Shown: positions 18,523 to 28,477 of the stretch, in pieces
Numbering within the stretch: the first letter of the stretch is position 1
Layout: each line of letters opens with the position of its first letter
Origin: a virus
Taxonomy: Duplodnaviria; Caudoviricetes
Strand: one strand, 5' to 3'
DNA length: 64,000 nt
Virus record (IMG/VR): IMGVR_UViG_3300015360_000023
Location: 32,001-96,000 of that record
Notes under the pieces: model-generated
Database searches by the model: none
The model's input: only the letters and a program-made list of their open reading frames with translations
What the model was told of the DNA's origin: nothing
Made by a program: the position numbers and the translations under genes

Positions 18523-18936
18523 TTACACCTTTTGGATCATAAGTTTCGTATCTGCATCAGCGGTCTCTGCATTTTCATTTGCAAAGATTTCATCAGATTT
18601 CTTTTGGTCATCTTCTGAGACATTAAGTTCTTCATAATTTTCTTCTTTAATGCTGAGCATAGATCTTTCTCTAGTTGGGATAAATGTTTCGCGGGTAAGT
18701 GGAATATTTGCTATTAAAACCTCTGGAGCGACCTTACGTACGATTATCTTATCTCTTTTCTTGAAGATAGAACCTGATTCAACGGATTTTTTAAGCTGAT
18801 CAACCTTGTATTGATAATGCTTTGTGTCCATTAAGTTAACTGAACTATACGCCTTTATTGTGAGATTCAAGTCAGCTAAACTAACATTCATCTTAGAGAT
18901 GTTGGTTACCCAAAATGTAACTGCTTCTTTTTTCAT
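18523..18936 (-). CDS. Hypothetical protein (137 aa)
   Basis: FWVTNIS..VSLADL N-terminus resembles 6888-7640; motif AATAA-ATCA-ACATT at 18955-18942 ends 5 nt before ATG. Confidence 0.65.
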   Translation of the reverse strand: MKKEAVTFWVTNISKMNVSLADLNLTIKAYSSVNLMDTKHYQYKVDQLKKSVESGSIFKKRDKIIVRKVAPEVLIANIPLTRETFIPTRERSMLSIKEENYEELNVSEDDQKKSDEIFANENAETADADTKLMIQKV

Positions 18937-19015
18937 ATTATAATGTTGATTTATTCCTAAAAATTGGCGCTACTACTATTTAAGTATTGTATTGCTAGCG
19001 TATTTTAGGAGAATT

Positions 19016-19483
19016 ATGAGCAAAAGCAACACTTGGGAAACCGATCTATTAAAACTTGTATTTCAGAACATTGATGCCGCTCTAATTGGTGATGCAGTCG
19101 GACTTCGTGGCTCATCAACTGCCGGAGTTCTTTATTTAAGCCTACATACAGCCGATCCTACCGAAGGGGGCGCTCAAAATAGTTCAGAGGCAAACTATAC
19201 AAATTACACAAGAATTTCACTTGTAAGAAGTGCTGGAGCTTGGACTGTTACCGCTGTAGATGTTGGTCCCTCAACAGTATCTAATGCCGCTCAAGTTACC
19301 TTCCCTCAGGCAGGCCTGGCCTCTCCAACTAATGTTATTTCACACGTAGGAGTTGGTACGGCTCTTACTGGTGGCGCTGGTAAACTTCTATACTCTGGTG
19401 TTTTAGCAACAGGAACTTTAACAGTTAATCAAAATATTACCCCAAGTTTCGGGGCAGGTCAATTAGTAATTACCGAAGATTAA
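19016..19483 (+). CDS. Phage minor tail/fibre-associated structural protein (155 aa)
   Basis: LYLSLHTADP.E.G....EANY..Y.R pattern recognised from phage tail proteins; start moved to ATG19016 (AGGAG). Confidence 0.75.
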   Translation: MSKSNTWETDLLKLVFQNIDAALIGDAVGLRGSSTAGVLYLSLHTADPTEGGAQNSSEANYTNYTRISLVRSAGAWTVTAVDVGPSTVSNAAQVTFPQAGLASPTNVISHVGVGTALTGGAGKLLYSGVLATGTLTVNQNITPSFGAGQLVITED

Positions 19484-19500
19484 TTTAATGTGGAGATGAT

Positions 19501-22500
19501 ATGGAACAGTTTGCGAATAATGCAGACTCCACATTAAATGGAGCAATCAATAATTCTACAACTTCTATTGTTGTAGCTAATGGTTCTTCGTTTCCTTCAG
19601 TTGGAGATTTTAGATTAATTATTGGCTCTGATCCAGATACTGCCGAATATGTTTTAGCCACCGCTCGCTCTGGAAATACAATTACTGTTGTAAGAGGTCA
19701 AGAAGGATCCTCCCCTCAATCATGGGTTGATGGAACTACAGTTACTCATATCCTTACTAAGGGTGCCGTTGAAGCACTTCGAGATACTCTTAAAGGTAAA
19801 ACACTTCACTCTTCATTAGAAACAATTAGCAATCCTCAAGATGGTTACGCTCTTACTTGGATTAATATCGATGGCTATTGGGCAGCTCGTCCAGGTAGTC
19901 CTTTTACTGTTGTAGGTAATGAGTTATCTACTACTGGCAACATAACTGCTGCAAAATATTCATCAGGAACTATTCCTCTTACAACTGTTGGATATAGTTA
20001 TGTATCAGATGCCAATCAATCATTTACGGTACCTGCTGGTGTAACCAGTCTTAAAGTTAAAATGTGGGGGCCTGGCGGTGGCACCGGAAACTATTCCGCT
20101 TCAGGTGGTGGTGGTGCTGGTGGTTATAGCACAGGCTTCATTTCTGTTACTCCGGGTGAACAGCTAATTCTTGTAATTGGTAGTGGTGGTAAAAAACCAG
20201 TATCTACTAATGGTAATGGTGGTTTAGGTGGTTGGCCAGGAGGTGGATATGGTACTAGAGGAGATGCTTCTGGTGGTGGCGGTGGTGGTTACTCAGGTAT
20301 TTTTACTGGCTCTATAAGTCAAGCTAATGCAATTGTTATTGCTGGTGGTGGTGGTGGTGCTAGCGGATTTGGTAACTATGGAGCCGGTGGCGGCGGTGGT
20401 TTAACTGGGGGATCTGGAGTAGGGCAAGCAGGTAAAGGTGGCTCTCAGGTAGCGGGAGGCTTGAATGGAAATAGTACTTCATCTCCAGCGTATACTGTTG
20501 GAGGTATGTTTACTGGTGGTGTCGCTTTCACGGACAACACAACTTCTGTAGGAGTTGATTGTGGTGGTGGTGGTTCTGGATATTGGGGTGGTGGTGCAGG
20601 TCAAGGAGATGGGGCAGCCGGTGGCGGAGGTTCTGGGTTCCTTCATGCCACTAGAATAACGAGTGGAGCAACAACAGCGGGCGCTAATGCTCCTTCAGGC
20701 GCAACTGCTGCTCAGCCAGCTAATATTACAGACATAAATTATGTTGCTGGAGTTGGCCTTGGTGGCGCTGCAAGCGGCTCTGGAAACAATGGTGGTGATG
20801 GCTACATTGTATTTCAATGGGGCGGACTTACCAGCTTTGACAATGATTCGATAGATTTAGCTAACGGCTCAAGTATTACCATTTTGGAAAATAATCTTAC
20901 TATTTCTCCAGGATCTAATGGAACACTTACTTTAAGTAGTTTTGCGTCTGGTACTGGCGGAATAACCCTAGCATCAGGAGGTGATGTAATTGTATCTTCT
21001 GGAGGTGCTTCAAAATATAAAATCTACTCTTCTGGAGCCGTGGTAATTGGTGATGCCGTTAACAACGATACGTCAGCAGAAGCTCAGGCCGGTCTGGCTG
21101 GAGCATTAATAAATATAAGTGCTGCTACCGGCACGGCCACATCTATTTCTAATCAAGCATTAGTCTATAACATTGCTGGCGTATTAGTTACACAAGGCCA
21201 TTCTGGAGTCACTGCTAGAGTTGGTACTACTGACATTGTCACTATAACGTCCACTGGCGCAACTATTACTGGAGAGACTTGGTCAACACAGCGCCTTCGA
21301 TTGGGCGCGTTAGGAAATACCTCCGCTACAATAACTGGGTCATCAATCACTGGTGCTAACGATACTATATTTGCACATTCAAATGTAGATGTAGTATCAC
21401 GTTTAATAACTTCTCTTAATAGTGGTACTAGCGTTAATAGTACACTAAATACGGGTGCTGGCGGTAGCGCCACAATAGGATTATCAATCGTTGCTGCTGG
21501 AACAACTTACACAGGCATTCCTGCATGGACAGGAAATGCAACGATTGAGCAGGTTGGGGCCACCACATCTTCATTGCTATTTAGTAAAGTATTAGGCAAT
21601 GGAACTTCTCGTGCTGTTACTGGTCGTATCTGGCAATCTGGTGCCTGGACAATTGGTGATGCAGCTAATAATGATACTTCAGCTGAAGCACAAGCCGGTC
21701 TTACTGGTCCACTTATCAATCTTTCTCCAGCCACAGGAACATTTACTAGTACAGCCAACCAAGCTCTTAATTTCAATATTGCGGGAGCACATCATATTCA
21801 AGGTAATACTGAAGTTAGATTTGACATAGCAGCAAATTTGGCTGGCTATTTTGATTCTAATAGAACATTTAGAATAGGTCCAAGCGCCTCCTCCAGTGCA
21901 ACCACATTTGGTGGTTATGTTATGCCTACCTCAGGCGAGAGCATGTATGGTTATAATGCGTCTGGCGATTTTGCCATGAGGTATGTTTCAGGTTCAACAT
22001 CAAATCATGCCTTCATTGATTTGCTTAATACTGCTGGTGGCGCATCAACAATGGTAATGATGCGTATTGCTGCCGGTGGTACTGCCAGTGGTGTGGCTGC
22101 TTGGGCAGGAAATGGTTTTATTGAACAGGGTGGGTCCTCTACATCTTGTATAGCATATACAGCTACTAATAATACTGGTGGCGGTAGAATTGCAACTGGA
22201 AGAATGTATCAGTCAGGCGCATGGTGTATTGGTGATGCCACTATCAATGATACTTCAGCAGAAGCCCAAGCCGGGTTAACTGGCCCGCTTCTAAACATTA
22301 CTCAAATCACTGGCGGTTCATTAACTTCAATTGCTAACCAATCCCTACATTATAATAGTGCTGGTGTAAATACTTTACAGGGTCATGTTGGTCATGCGTT
22401 AATTGCAAATACTACTACAGTAGCCTCTACATCTACTACTAAATTTATTACTAACGTTGGTAGGAGAGTTAATACTGTAGTAACTACCACAAGCTTAGGC

Positions 22501-22746
22501 GTTTCTGCTGGAACAGAAGTTATTATCGTTGGCGCCATTGCCTCTAGCGTTACAATTACCTTGCCATCAGGTCCAACAGCTGGAGATATTTACACTGTCA
22601 AAGATCAGCTTGGAAACGCTGCAACCAAAAACATAATTATTAGCGGGAATGGCAATAATATAGATGACAATTCATCATATACGATGAATGCTAATTATCA
22701 AAGTATTACTGTCATATTTGCTAATGGTTCTTGGAGTGTAATCTAA
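19501..22746 (+). CDS. Tail fibre protein with glycine-rich domain (1081 aa)
   Basis: FANNA.STL...I N-terminal attachment domain, Gly-rich block, three IGDA..NDTSAEAQAGL repeats, C-terminal TITLP..P..G..YTVKD..G.A.T.NI module. Confidence 0.8.
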   Translation: MEQFANNADSTLNGAINNSTTSIVVANGSSFPSVGDFRLIIGSDPDTAEYVLATARSGNTITVVRGQEGSSPQSWVDGTTVTHILTKGAVEALRDTLKGKTLHSSLETISNPQDGYALTWINIDGYWAARPGSPFTVVGNELSTTGNITAAKYSSGTIPLTTVGYSYVSDANQSFTVPAGVTSLKVKMWGPGGGTGNYSASGGGGAGGYSTGFISVTPGEQLILVIGSGGKKPVSTNGNGGLGGWPGGGYGTRGDASGGGGGGYSGIFTGSISQANAIVIAGGGGGASGFGNYGAGGGGGLTGGSGVGQAGKGGSQVAGGLNGNSTSSPAYTVGGMFTGGVAFTDNTTSVGVDCGGGGSGYWGGGAGQGDGAAGGGGSGFLHATRITSGATTAGANAPSGATAAQPANITDINYVAGVGLGGAASGSGNNGGDGYIVFQWGGLTSFDNDSIDLANGSSITILENNLTISPGSNGTLTLSSFASGTGGITLASGGDVIVSSGGASKYKIYSSGAVVIGDAVNNDTSAEAQAGLAGALINISAATGTATSISNQALVYNIAGVLVTQGHSGVTARVGTTDIVTITSTGATITGETWSTQRLRLGALGNTSATITGSSITGANDTIFAHSNVDVVSRLITSLNSGTSVNSTLNTGAGGSATIGLSIVAAGTTYTGIPAWTGNATIEQVGATTSSLLFSKVLGNGTSRAVTGRIWQSGAWTIGDAANNDTSAEAQAGLTGPLINLSPATGTFTSTANQALNFNIAGAHHIQGNTEVRFDIAANLAGYFDSNRTFRIGPSASSSATTFGGYVMPTSGESMYGYNASGDFAMRYVSGSTSNHAFIDLLNTAGGASTMVMMRIAAGGTASGVAAWAGNGFIEQGGSSTSCIAYTATNNTGGGRIATGRMYQSGAWCIGDATINDTSAEAQAGLTGPLLNITQITGGSLTSIANQSLHYNSAGVNTLQGHVGHALIANTTTVASTSTTKFITNVGRRVNTVVTTTSLGVSAGTEVIIVGAIASSVTITLPSGPTAGDIYTVKDQLGNAATKNIIISGNGNNIDDNSSYTMNANYQSITVIFANGSWSVI

Positions 22747-24266
22747 TGTCTTATCAATCTTTTCCTAAAGCTACAAGTTCAATAAATGACGGATACGTAT
22801 TAACATACGTAGCTTCTGATGGATATTGGTCACCTAGACCAATTGGACAAACTTGGCAAACAGTTTATGATGTTAATTTTGCTACTCTTCCTACTCAGTC
22901 ATTTAGCGGTAACGGTAATGTAACTGTTGATGGCAAACAGTGGACTGTGGAAAATTTTGGAGCAGCAACCTCGTTTGGTATAGTGAATGGAACAGGTTTG
23001 CAGTTTGTATGTAACACCTCCAATACTGATTATAATAACTCAACAAGAAATGGTTTAATACTTAGTACAAAAGTTAGTAATCTATATCCTCAATTTGGAT
23101 TAACAAACCATAAAGTAAGAATTACTAGTTATGTTACCAATAATGCTGATCAGAATTATGAATTTCTTGTTTTTGGATTTGAAGATAGTGATTCTCCAAC
23201 ATCTCTAAATTATACTTTACTTAAAGGATATCAAAATGGAGCTATGTTGGCCCAAAAGGGAACTTTAAGTGGTAGCTCTAATCCTAATTTAGATACAACT
23301 AATACTAACGATGATGTATTACAAGTTACTGCAAATTTACCAACTCATTTTGAAATGAATACTGGTTTATATTCTGGAAACTTTCCAACACAAGATAATC
23401 TAAGACAACGTAGAGTATATATGCGTTCAGGTGAATTTACACCAAGCATTTCCAATTCTCAGGATTTGAATGTTGTATTTTCTGCTATTACTAATAATGC
23501 TAATGGTAATTTTGTGGCCAATGTTATTAGATTTAAAGTAGAAGTATTAGCTCCTGGAGGCTCCGCCCCAGTATCTACTGTAAATAATGCAGTGGACTCT
23601 AATGCACAATTTACATCTGTCTTAGATAATGTTGTAGCAAATGGATCATATCCTAGCACAGTAGCTACTAACTGGAGTGGATCATATACTGCTGATGGTT
23701 ATAGTAAAGTAATCATTATAGGCACCGCCGCTGGTGGTATGGGCACAAGCGGTGCGCAAATGCATTTAAATCTTAAAATTGATGGAGCTACAGTTAAAAC
23801 TGTAAGTAGATATTCTAATAACAATGGTATTCACGCAGTATTTCCTACTTTATTTCATAGTACGATATTATCTTCTGGAAATCATACTATCGCTTTAACA
23901 CAGACAGGAACTTCTGGATTTAATGATTTTAATGATTTTGCTAGTATATGGGTTTATAAAGTTGCCAATGTAACAAATTTGGGATGGGAATCAACCCAAA
24001 CCGCTAATTTTACTGCAAGCACCTTTAATACATATATTCCGGTTGATACTGCAAGCAATGCAGTTACCATTACGTTACCACTGTCTCCAGATAATGGCGA
24101 GCGCCACATTATTGCTGATGTTGGTGGGTTAGCAGCTACCAATAATATTACAGTAAATGGTAATGGTCGTAATATAATTGGTTCTTCCACTTATGTTATT
24201 ACTGGCTCTTATAATACATTAGAAGTTGCATATCATGCTGAAAAGAATATTTGGGTGATTATATGA
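22746..24266 (+). CDS. Tail fibre/receptor-binding protein (506 aa)
   Basis: TAATG coupling gives start 22746; lectin-like beta domains; same C-terminal module as the upstream fibre. Confidence 0.7.
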   Translation: MSYQSFPKATSSINDGYVLTYVASDGYWSPRPIGQTWQTVYDVNFATLPTQSFSGNGNVTVDGKQWTVENFGAATSFGIVNGTGLQFVCNTSNTDYNNSTRNGLILSTKVSNLYPQFGLTNHKVRITSYVTNNADQNYEFLVFGFEDSDSPTSLNYTLLKGYQNGAMLAQKGTLSGSSNPNLDTTNTNDDVLQVTANLPTHFEMNTGLYSGNFPTQDNLRQRRVYMRSGEFTPSISNSQDLNVVFSAITNNANGNFVANVIRFKVEVLAPGGSAPVSTVNNAVDSNAQFTSVLDNVVANGSYPSTVATNWSGSYTADGYSKVIIIGTAAGGMGTSGAQMHLNLKIDGATVKTVSRYSNNNGIHAVFPTLFHSTILSSGNHTIALTQTGTSGFNDFNDFASIWVYKVANVTNLGWESTQTANFTASTFNTYIPVDTASNAVTITLPLSPDNGERHIIADVGGLAATNNITVNGNGRNIIGSSTYVITGSYNTLEVAYHAEKNIWVII

Positions 24267-25021
24267 GTTATCTTACAGACACAATACGAAGAGGTACTTT
24301 CGCTAATCGTCCCTCTTCTGCTCCTGATGGTACACTATATGTGTGTACGGATGGACCAGTACAATTCGTGAGAAAAGGTGGAGCTTGGCATCCTTATCAT
24401 GGCTCTATGGCGCTAGTTCAACCAGTTGCCGCTTCTAATTTTACAATTAATCAAACTAGTAATAATGGTACACTAACAGATGATGCAGGCGGCCTATTTT
24501 TTACAGCTTTAAGTAGAAATATTGGTGAAGATGTTATCTTTGCAACCCAAACTAATCCCGGTGGAACTGGAGCAGCCTATACATTAACAGTTGGTTTTAT
24601 TCCAAATCCTGGAAGTAGAAATGGAACTGCTGGGTGGTTTAATTATCATTTTACTGGAATAGGTCTATTTAATTCAAGCACTAATCAAATTAAAGCTCTA
24701 ACAGTTTATACTACAGGCACCGGAGAGTTTCGTTTACAACTTATCAGTAAAACTGGACTTTTGGGCAGTGGTTCGGCCTCTATTGACTATGGGGCATATT
24801 CTTTTGCATCTGCATCTATGGTATGGTTTAGAGTTCAAGATGATGGAGTTACTAATAGAACTTGGTCAGTTTCAAATGATGGTAAACATTTTAAAGCACT
24901 TGCAATTGAAGCAAGAACTACGGGATTTTCTAGTCAGCCTGATAGAATTGGAATGTATATGAATGCCTGGAATGCAGACGCAACAATGACTATTCTAAGC
25001 CATCAATTAATTAGTCCATGA
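24263..25021 (+). CDS. Lectin/ConA-like fibre tip protein (252 aa)
   Basis: ATGA coupling; RGTFANRP..APDGTLY.CTD..V...GGAW N-terminus; beta-sandwich body. Confidence 0.6.
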   Translation: MSYLTDTIRRGTFANRPSSAPDGTLYVCTDGPVQFVRKGGAWHPYHGSMALVQPVAASNFTINQTSNNGTLTDDAGGLFFTALSRNIGEDVIFATQTNPGGTGAAYTLTVGFIPNPGSRNGTAGWFNYHFTGIGLFNSSTNQIKALTVYTTGTGEFRLQLISKTGLLGSGSASIDYGAYSFASASMVWFRVQDDGVTNRTWSVSNDGKHFKALAIEARTTGFSSQPDRIGMYMNAWNADATMTILSHQLISP

Positions 25022-25031
25022 GGTAATGTAA

Positions 25032-26108
25032 ATGTCATTTGTTGGGCAATTAGGATTACGAGAAAGTCAACCAGGCAATCTCCAGCTTGGAATTATTTCA
25101 TCTGTGTCTTTGATTAGCGCACAGATTGATGGGACTTCGACTATCGCTGCCTCTTTGGCTGCATCTGGTGCCTTAACTGCTCAAGTGGATAATATTGCAG
25201 CTATTGATGCATCGCTCACAGGAAGTGCTGCTGGGAGCGCTACCATCGATAATGCGGCTGCTATCTCAGCTACTATTACCGGAATTTATCTAGTAGAGTC
25301 AACTATAAATGGATTTTCTAATACTTCGTTTTCTCTTTTAGCTGCTGGAGATATGATAGTAACTGAAAATAATACTGCAAATGTTTCTGCAAATCTTGTA
25401 GCAAATGGAAGTTTATCATCCACTATTCTTAATGTCGCAACTGTTTCCGCTAATCTCACAGCAGATGGTATTATTGCAAGCTCTATTCTAAATACATCGA
25501 CAGTTAGCGCGGTTGTTCATGCCTTTGGTAATATTTCTAGTCAATCTAATAATCAAGGAACTATAACCGGATCTATTATTGGAACATATCCAATGTCTGC
25601 CGTAATTACTGGCACTTCTAATGTAGATGTTAGTCTTTCTGGTATAGTTAGTGCATTAGCCATTATAAATGGTACTTCTGCCGTTACTGGTAGCTTGGCT
25701 GGAATTGCTCCAATCAGTGCCACTGTCGATGGAACATCTGAATTTTTAATAGGCTATTCTTTTATAAAAGCAGAAATAGCGGGAACTTCCACTATATTTG
25801 CTAGATTATTTAATTATCTTCAAGATAAAGCTATTATAGATCCGATTGATCTAGAAGATACCAATATCTTTGTTCATTCTCCGCCAATATCTCAATACAT
25901 TAAAAAAATTATTATTGTAGATCCTACTGTTCCTCCAGTTGTGCCAGTAAATAATTCTATAATGGCTTCTGGCAATAAACTAAATGGTCCATTCTCTTCC
26001 GTCCTTCTGAAACATATTGTTCCTCCACCACCTCCGGAACCACCAGAGCCACCACCATTACCTCCTGAAGATATTCCAATAGTTAGTTCGGGTATAAAAG
26101 TGCATTAA
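25032..26108 (+). CDS. Beta-solenoid repeat structural protein with Pro-rich tail (358 aa)
   Basis: ~22-aa degenerate G.S.V.A.L repeats; PPPPPEPPEPPPLPPE C-terminus. Confidence 0.6.
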   Translation: MSFVGQLGLRESQPGNLQLGIISSVSLISAQIDGTSTIAASLAASGALTAQVDNIAAIDASLTGSAAGSATIDNAAAISATITGIYLVESTINGFSNTSFSLLAAGDMIVTENNTANVSANLVANGSLSSTILNVATVSANLTADGIIASSILNTSTVSAVVHAFGNISSQSNNQGTITGSIIGTYPMSAVITGTSNVDVSLSGIVSALAIINGTSAVTGSLAGIAPISATVDGTSEFLIGYSFIKAEIAGTSTIFARLFNYLQDKAIIDPIDLEDTNIFVHSPPISQYIKKIIIVDPTVPPVVPVNNSIMASGNKLNGPFSSVLLKHIVPPPPPEPPEPPPLPPEDIPIVSSGIKVH

Positions 26109-26129
26109 ACAGCATAGTAAAAGGATAAC

Positions 26130-26483
26130 ATGAGCGCTACAGAACTTTATTATTTCCCAGGACAAAAAGCCACAGTTTTTTTGGAAACTTTGAATGCTAG
26201 CGGTGTGCGTGCAGACGGTTACACCGCTCCTGATGGTTATCCAAGCATCACTAGAGTAATTTTCCCTGATCTTTCTTTAGCTTCCGCTTTTCCACAGAAT
26301 ATGGTTAAGCTAGATGTTGGTCTTTATTTCTTTCAATTTACTTTGCCAACTGGAGCTGCATCTGTCGGCAGTTACTTGGTAGATGGATATTATAATCTGC
26401 CAGGTACTGGTAATTATAGCAGGAAGTTATGGCAGATCATAGTAACAGCGCCGTTTGGTAACTTCGGCACAACCTCAGGATAA
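26130..26483 (+). CDS. Small Ig-like virion protein (117 aa)
   Basis: AAGGA SD; GLYFFQFTLP.G...G.YLV resembles the N-domain of the next gene; three DGY. Confidence 0.6.
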   Translation: MSATELYYFPGQKATVFLETLNASGVRADGYTAPDGYPSITRVIFPDLSLASAFPQNMVKLDVGLYFFQFTLPTGAASVGSYLVDGYYNLPGTGNYSRKLWQIIVTAPFGNFGTTSG

Positions 26484-26485
26484 CA

Positions 26486-27385
26486 ATGGTAATCAAAGCT
26501 CGCGGAGAATTGATTGACGTCACAGATCAAGTCAATTTAACTGTACAATTTAGAAACACTGCTGGGACGCCCGTTGATACGGACTCTTTCCCAACAATTT
26601 CTATTGTTCAACCAAGTGGCTTGGTAGCTATGTCTCCTACCTCTGCGGGAGTGGCTCGCATTGGCGTTGGCAAATATTCTTTTATCTACACTGTTCCTAT
26701 CAATGGCCCCTATGGCGTCTTCAATGACATCTGGGTTGGATTCGTTAATGGATTCAGAGTCCAAACTCAGTTTGATTTCGTAGTTCTTCATACTCAAGTC
26801 CCAGCCATCAACATCGATGGTTACGCTCATCTTGGAGATGATCCGGGCTTTCAATATTCACAAGCTGCTATCAAGAACATCAACAAACTTCTTAAGTCTC
26901 TTAAAGCTAGATTAAATAGTTCAGGTAAAGCTAAAGCTACTGATAAATACGGTAACGTAGTTTATGTTGACTGTGATATCTTCTCGATAGACATGTTAGT
27001 TACCTTCTTGGCTACTGCTCTTTGGGATTTCAATCAAGTTCCATTCTTTACCTTCTTCCAATTTGACGATGATAACTTCGTTGAACAATTTGGAGAGATC
27101 CTAGTAGAAGGGGCTACTCTTTATTCTTTGGCTTCAAAGTCTTTGATTGAAAGAGGTCGCGAGTTTCAAGTAACTGATAACGGATTGAATTTCAATCCTC
27201 CTACGGTCAGCGACTTGATGAATACGCAATACAGCGCCTTGCTTTCTCATTACTGGGAAAAGCTAAAGATGATTAAGGCAAGTCTTAGACCCGCCCCCAG
27301 AGGACTAGGCGTATTCTCAATGAACTCTGGTATCAATCCAGCCGTTGCTAGATTACGTCATTTACGTGCTCGCAGAGTTATTTAA
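26486..27385 (+). CDS. Putative head-tail adaptor/neck protein 1 with N-terminal Ig-like domain (299 aa)
   Basis: Helical C-domain (ALWDFNQVP...SLIERGREFQVTDNGLNFNPP) of adaptor type; position. Confidence 0.55.
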   Translation: MVIKARGELIDVTDQVNLTVQFRNTAGTPVDTDSFPTISIVQPSGLVAMSPTSAGVARIGVGKYSFIYTVPINGPYGVFNDIWVGFVNGFRVQTQFDFVVLHTQVPAINIDGYAHLGDDPGFQYSQAAIKNINKLLKSLKARLNSSGKAKATDKYGNVVYVDCDIFSIDMLVTFLATALWDFNQVPFFTFFQFDDDNFVEQFGEILVEGATLYSLASKSLIERGREFQVTDNGLNFNPPTVSDLMNTQYSALLSHYWEKLKMIKASLRPAPRGLGVFSMNSGINPAVARLRHLRARRVI

Positions 27386-27765
27386 CTGACATTGAATTGC
27401 TGAATAAAATCACGCAATGGCGTTTTGTCGATAATTTTTTCAGGCTCAACTACTACACCTTCAGAGTCGATAGGCTTATCTATAAGCTTACCTAAAAATT
27501 TGATCATTTCAAAATTATCAATATTCTTTCTCATATGAACCCAAGAATAAGTGTCAAAAATCTTATCTGGTTCTTCAAAAGCAAAAATGCCTTGGACTTT
27601 TTCATAAGCTAAACCCGATGTATGCCCAAATAAATCTTTGCCTTTAGGTTGAGCGCGGTAGAAAATCTGAGAATTTTCCTTTGGGACTTCAGGAATTGTT
27701 TCTTGTGCTAGTTTTTCAAACAGTATTGCCTGTTTAAGAATACTATCAGATCTTATTTGTTTCAT
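27382..27765 (-). CDS. Hypothetical, putative internal head protein (127 aa)
   Basis: ILKQAILFEKLA N-terminus; start ATG27765 lies 5 nt after motif AATAA-ATTC-ACATT (27784-27771). Confidence 0.6.
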   Translation of the reverse strand: MKQIRSDSILKQAILFEKLAQETIPEVPKENSQIFYRAQPKGKDLFGHTSGLAYEKVQGIFAFEEPDKIFDTYSWVHMRKNIDNFEMIKFLGKLIDKPIDSEGVVVEPEKIIDKTPLRDFIQQFNVS

Positions 27766-27788
27766 ACACAAATGTGAATTTATTCACA

Positions 27789-28403
27789 TTAGCGCTCAGT
27801 TTTTCGTCTCTCGTAAGATGGCGTTAAATGTAGGATATCAGGTTTCTTGGCAAGCTTGTAGAATAGATCTACCCTTTGCATAAGCATAGAGTGCTTGTGT
27901 TTCTCTGGTCCTTTTAGAGGGAACGTGATAAAGATACGGTCATCTCCATGGTCCCCGCCCCATAGGACGACCTCTTGAACAGAGAATTCAACCTCATCGA
28001 TGTCAGATTCTTCAATCTCTTCATCATGATAGGCTAGAGTTACATGTGGTTTGTAATCTTTGAAGTTCTTAGCAAAATCAATATGTTCTTTATCAAAGTG
28101 CTTTGCCAATTCATCACGTAATTCATGAAGTTCGGCGGATTTGACTGGAGCAATAAGGGCGCACTTATCTCCATGTTTAGGAAAGCAGGTTACTTTATCA
28201 ATAGATACACGAAATGGTTTTATTTTTGAAACAACATCATAAGTGCTTTCTAAAGCCTTAGAGATTTCAGAAATAGGCCAATTATCTTCAAAGCATAGAA
28301 GAGTAATGTGATATTCGGATGGCCCCTCTTTTTCACCGGGTACGTCAACTCCTGCTAATAAGCGCCCTGTTTCATGAGGGACTCGAATTCCTAAAAATGC
28401 CAT
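27789..28403 (-). CDS. 2H phosphoesterase (LigT/ThpR/Acb1-like), 204 aa
   Basis: Two catalytic HxT motifs, YHITL and KPHVTLAY, with 2H-type spacing. Confidence 0.88.
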   Translation of the reverse strand: MAFLGIRVPHETGRLLAGVDVPGEKEGPSEYHITLLCFEDNWPISEISKALESTYDVVSKIKPFRVSIDKVTCFPKHGDKCALIAPVKSAELHELRDELAKHFDKEHIDFAKNFKDYKPHVTLAYHDEEIEESDIDEVEFSVQEVVLWGGDHGDDRIFITFPLKGPEKHKHSMLMQRVDLFYKLAKKPDILHLTPSYERRKTER

Positions 28404-28412
28404 GGCTCTTGT

Positions 28413-28441
28413 ATCCTATATCTGAACGTACGTCCTGTCAA
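28413..28441 (-). promoter_or_regulatory. Sigma70-type promoter for the 2H gene (TTGACA-N17-TAGGAT)
   Basis: -35 at 28441-28436, -10 at 28418-28413, 9 nt before ATG28403. Confidence 0.65.
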
Positions 28442-28477
28442 GGAATGGGAAAATATGACTATTTCGCCATGTACGGT

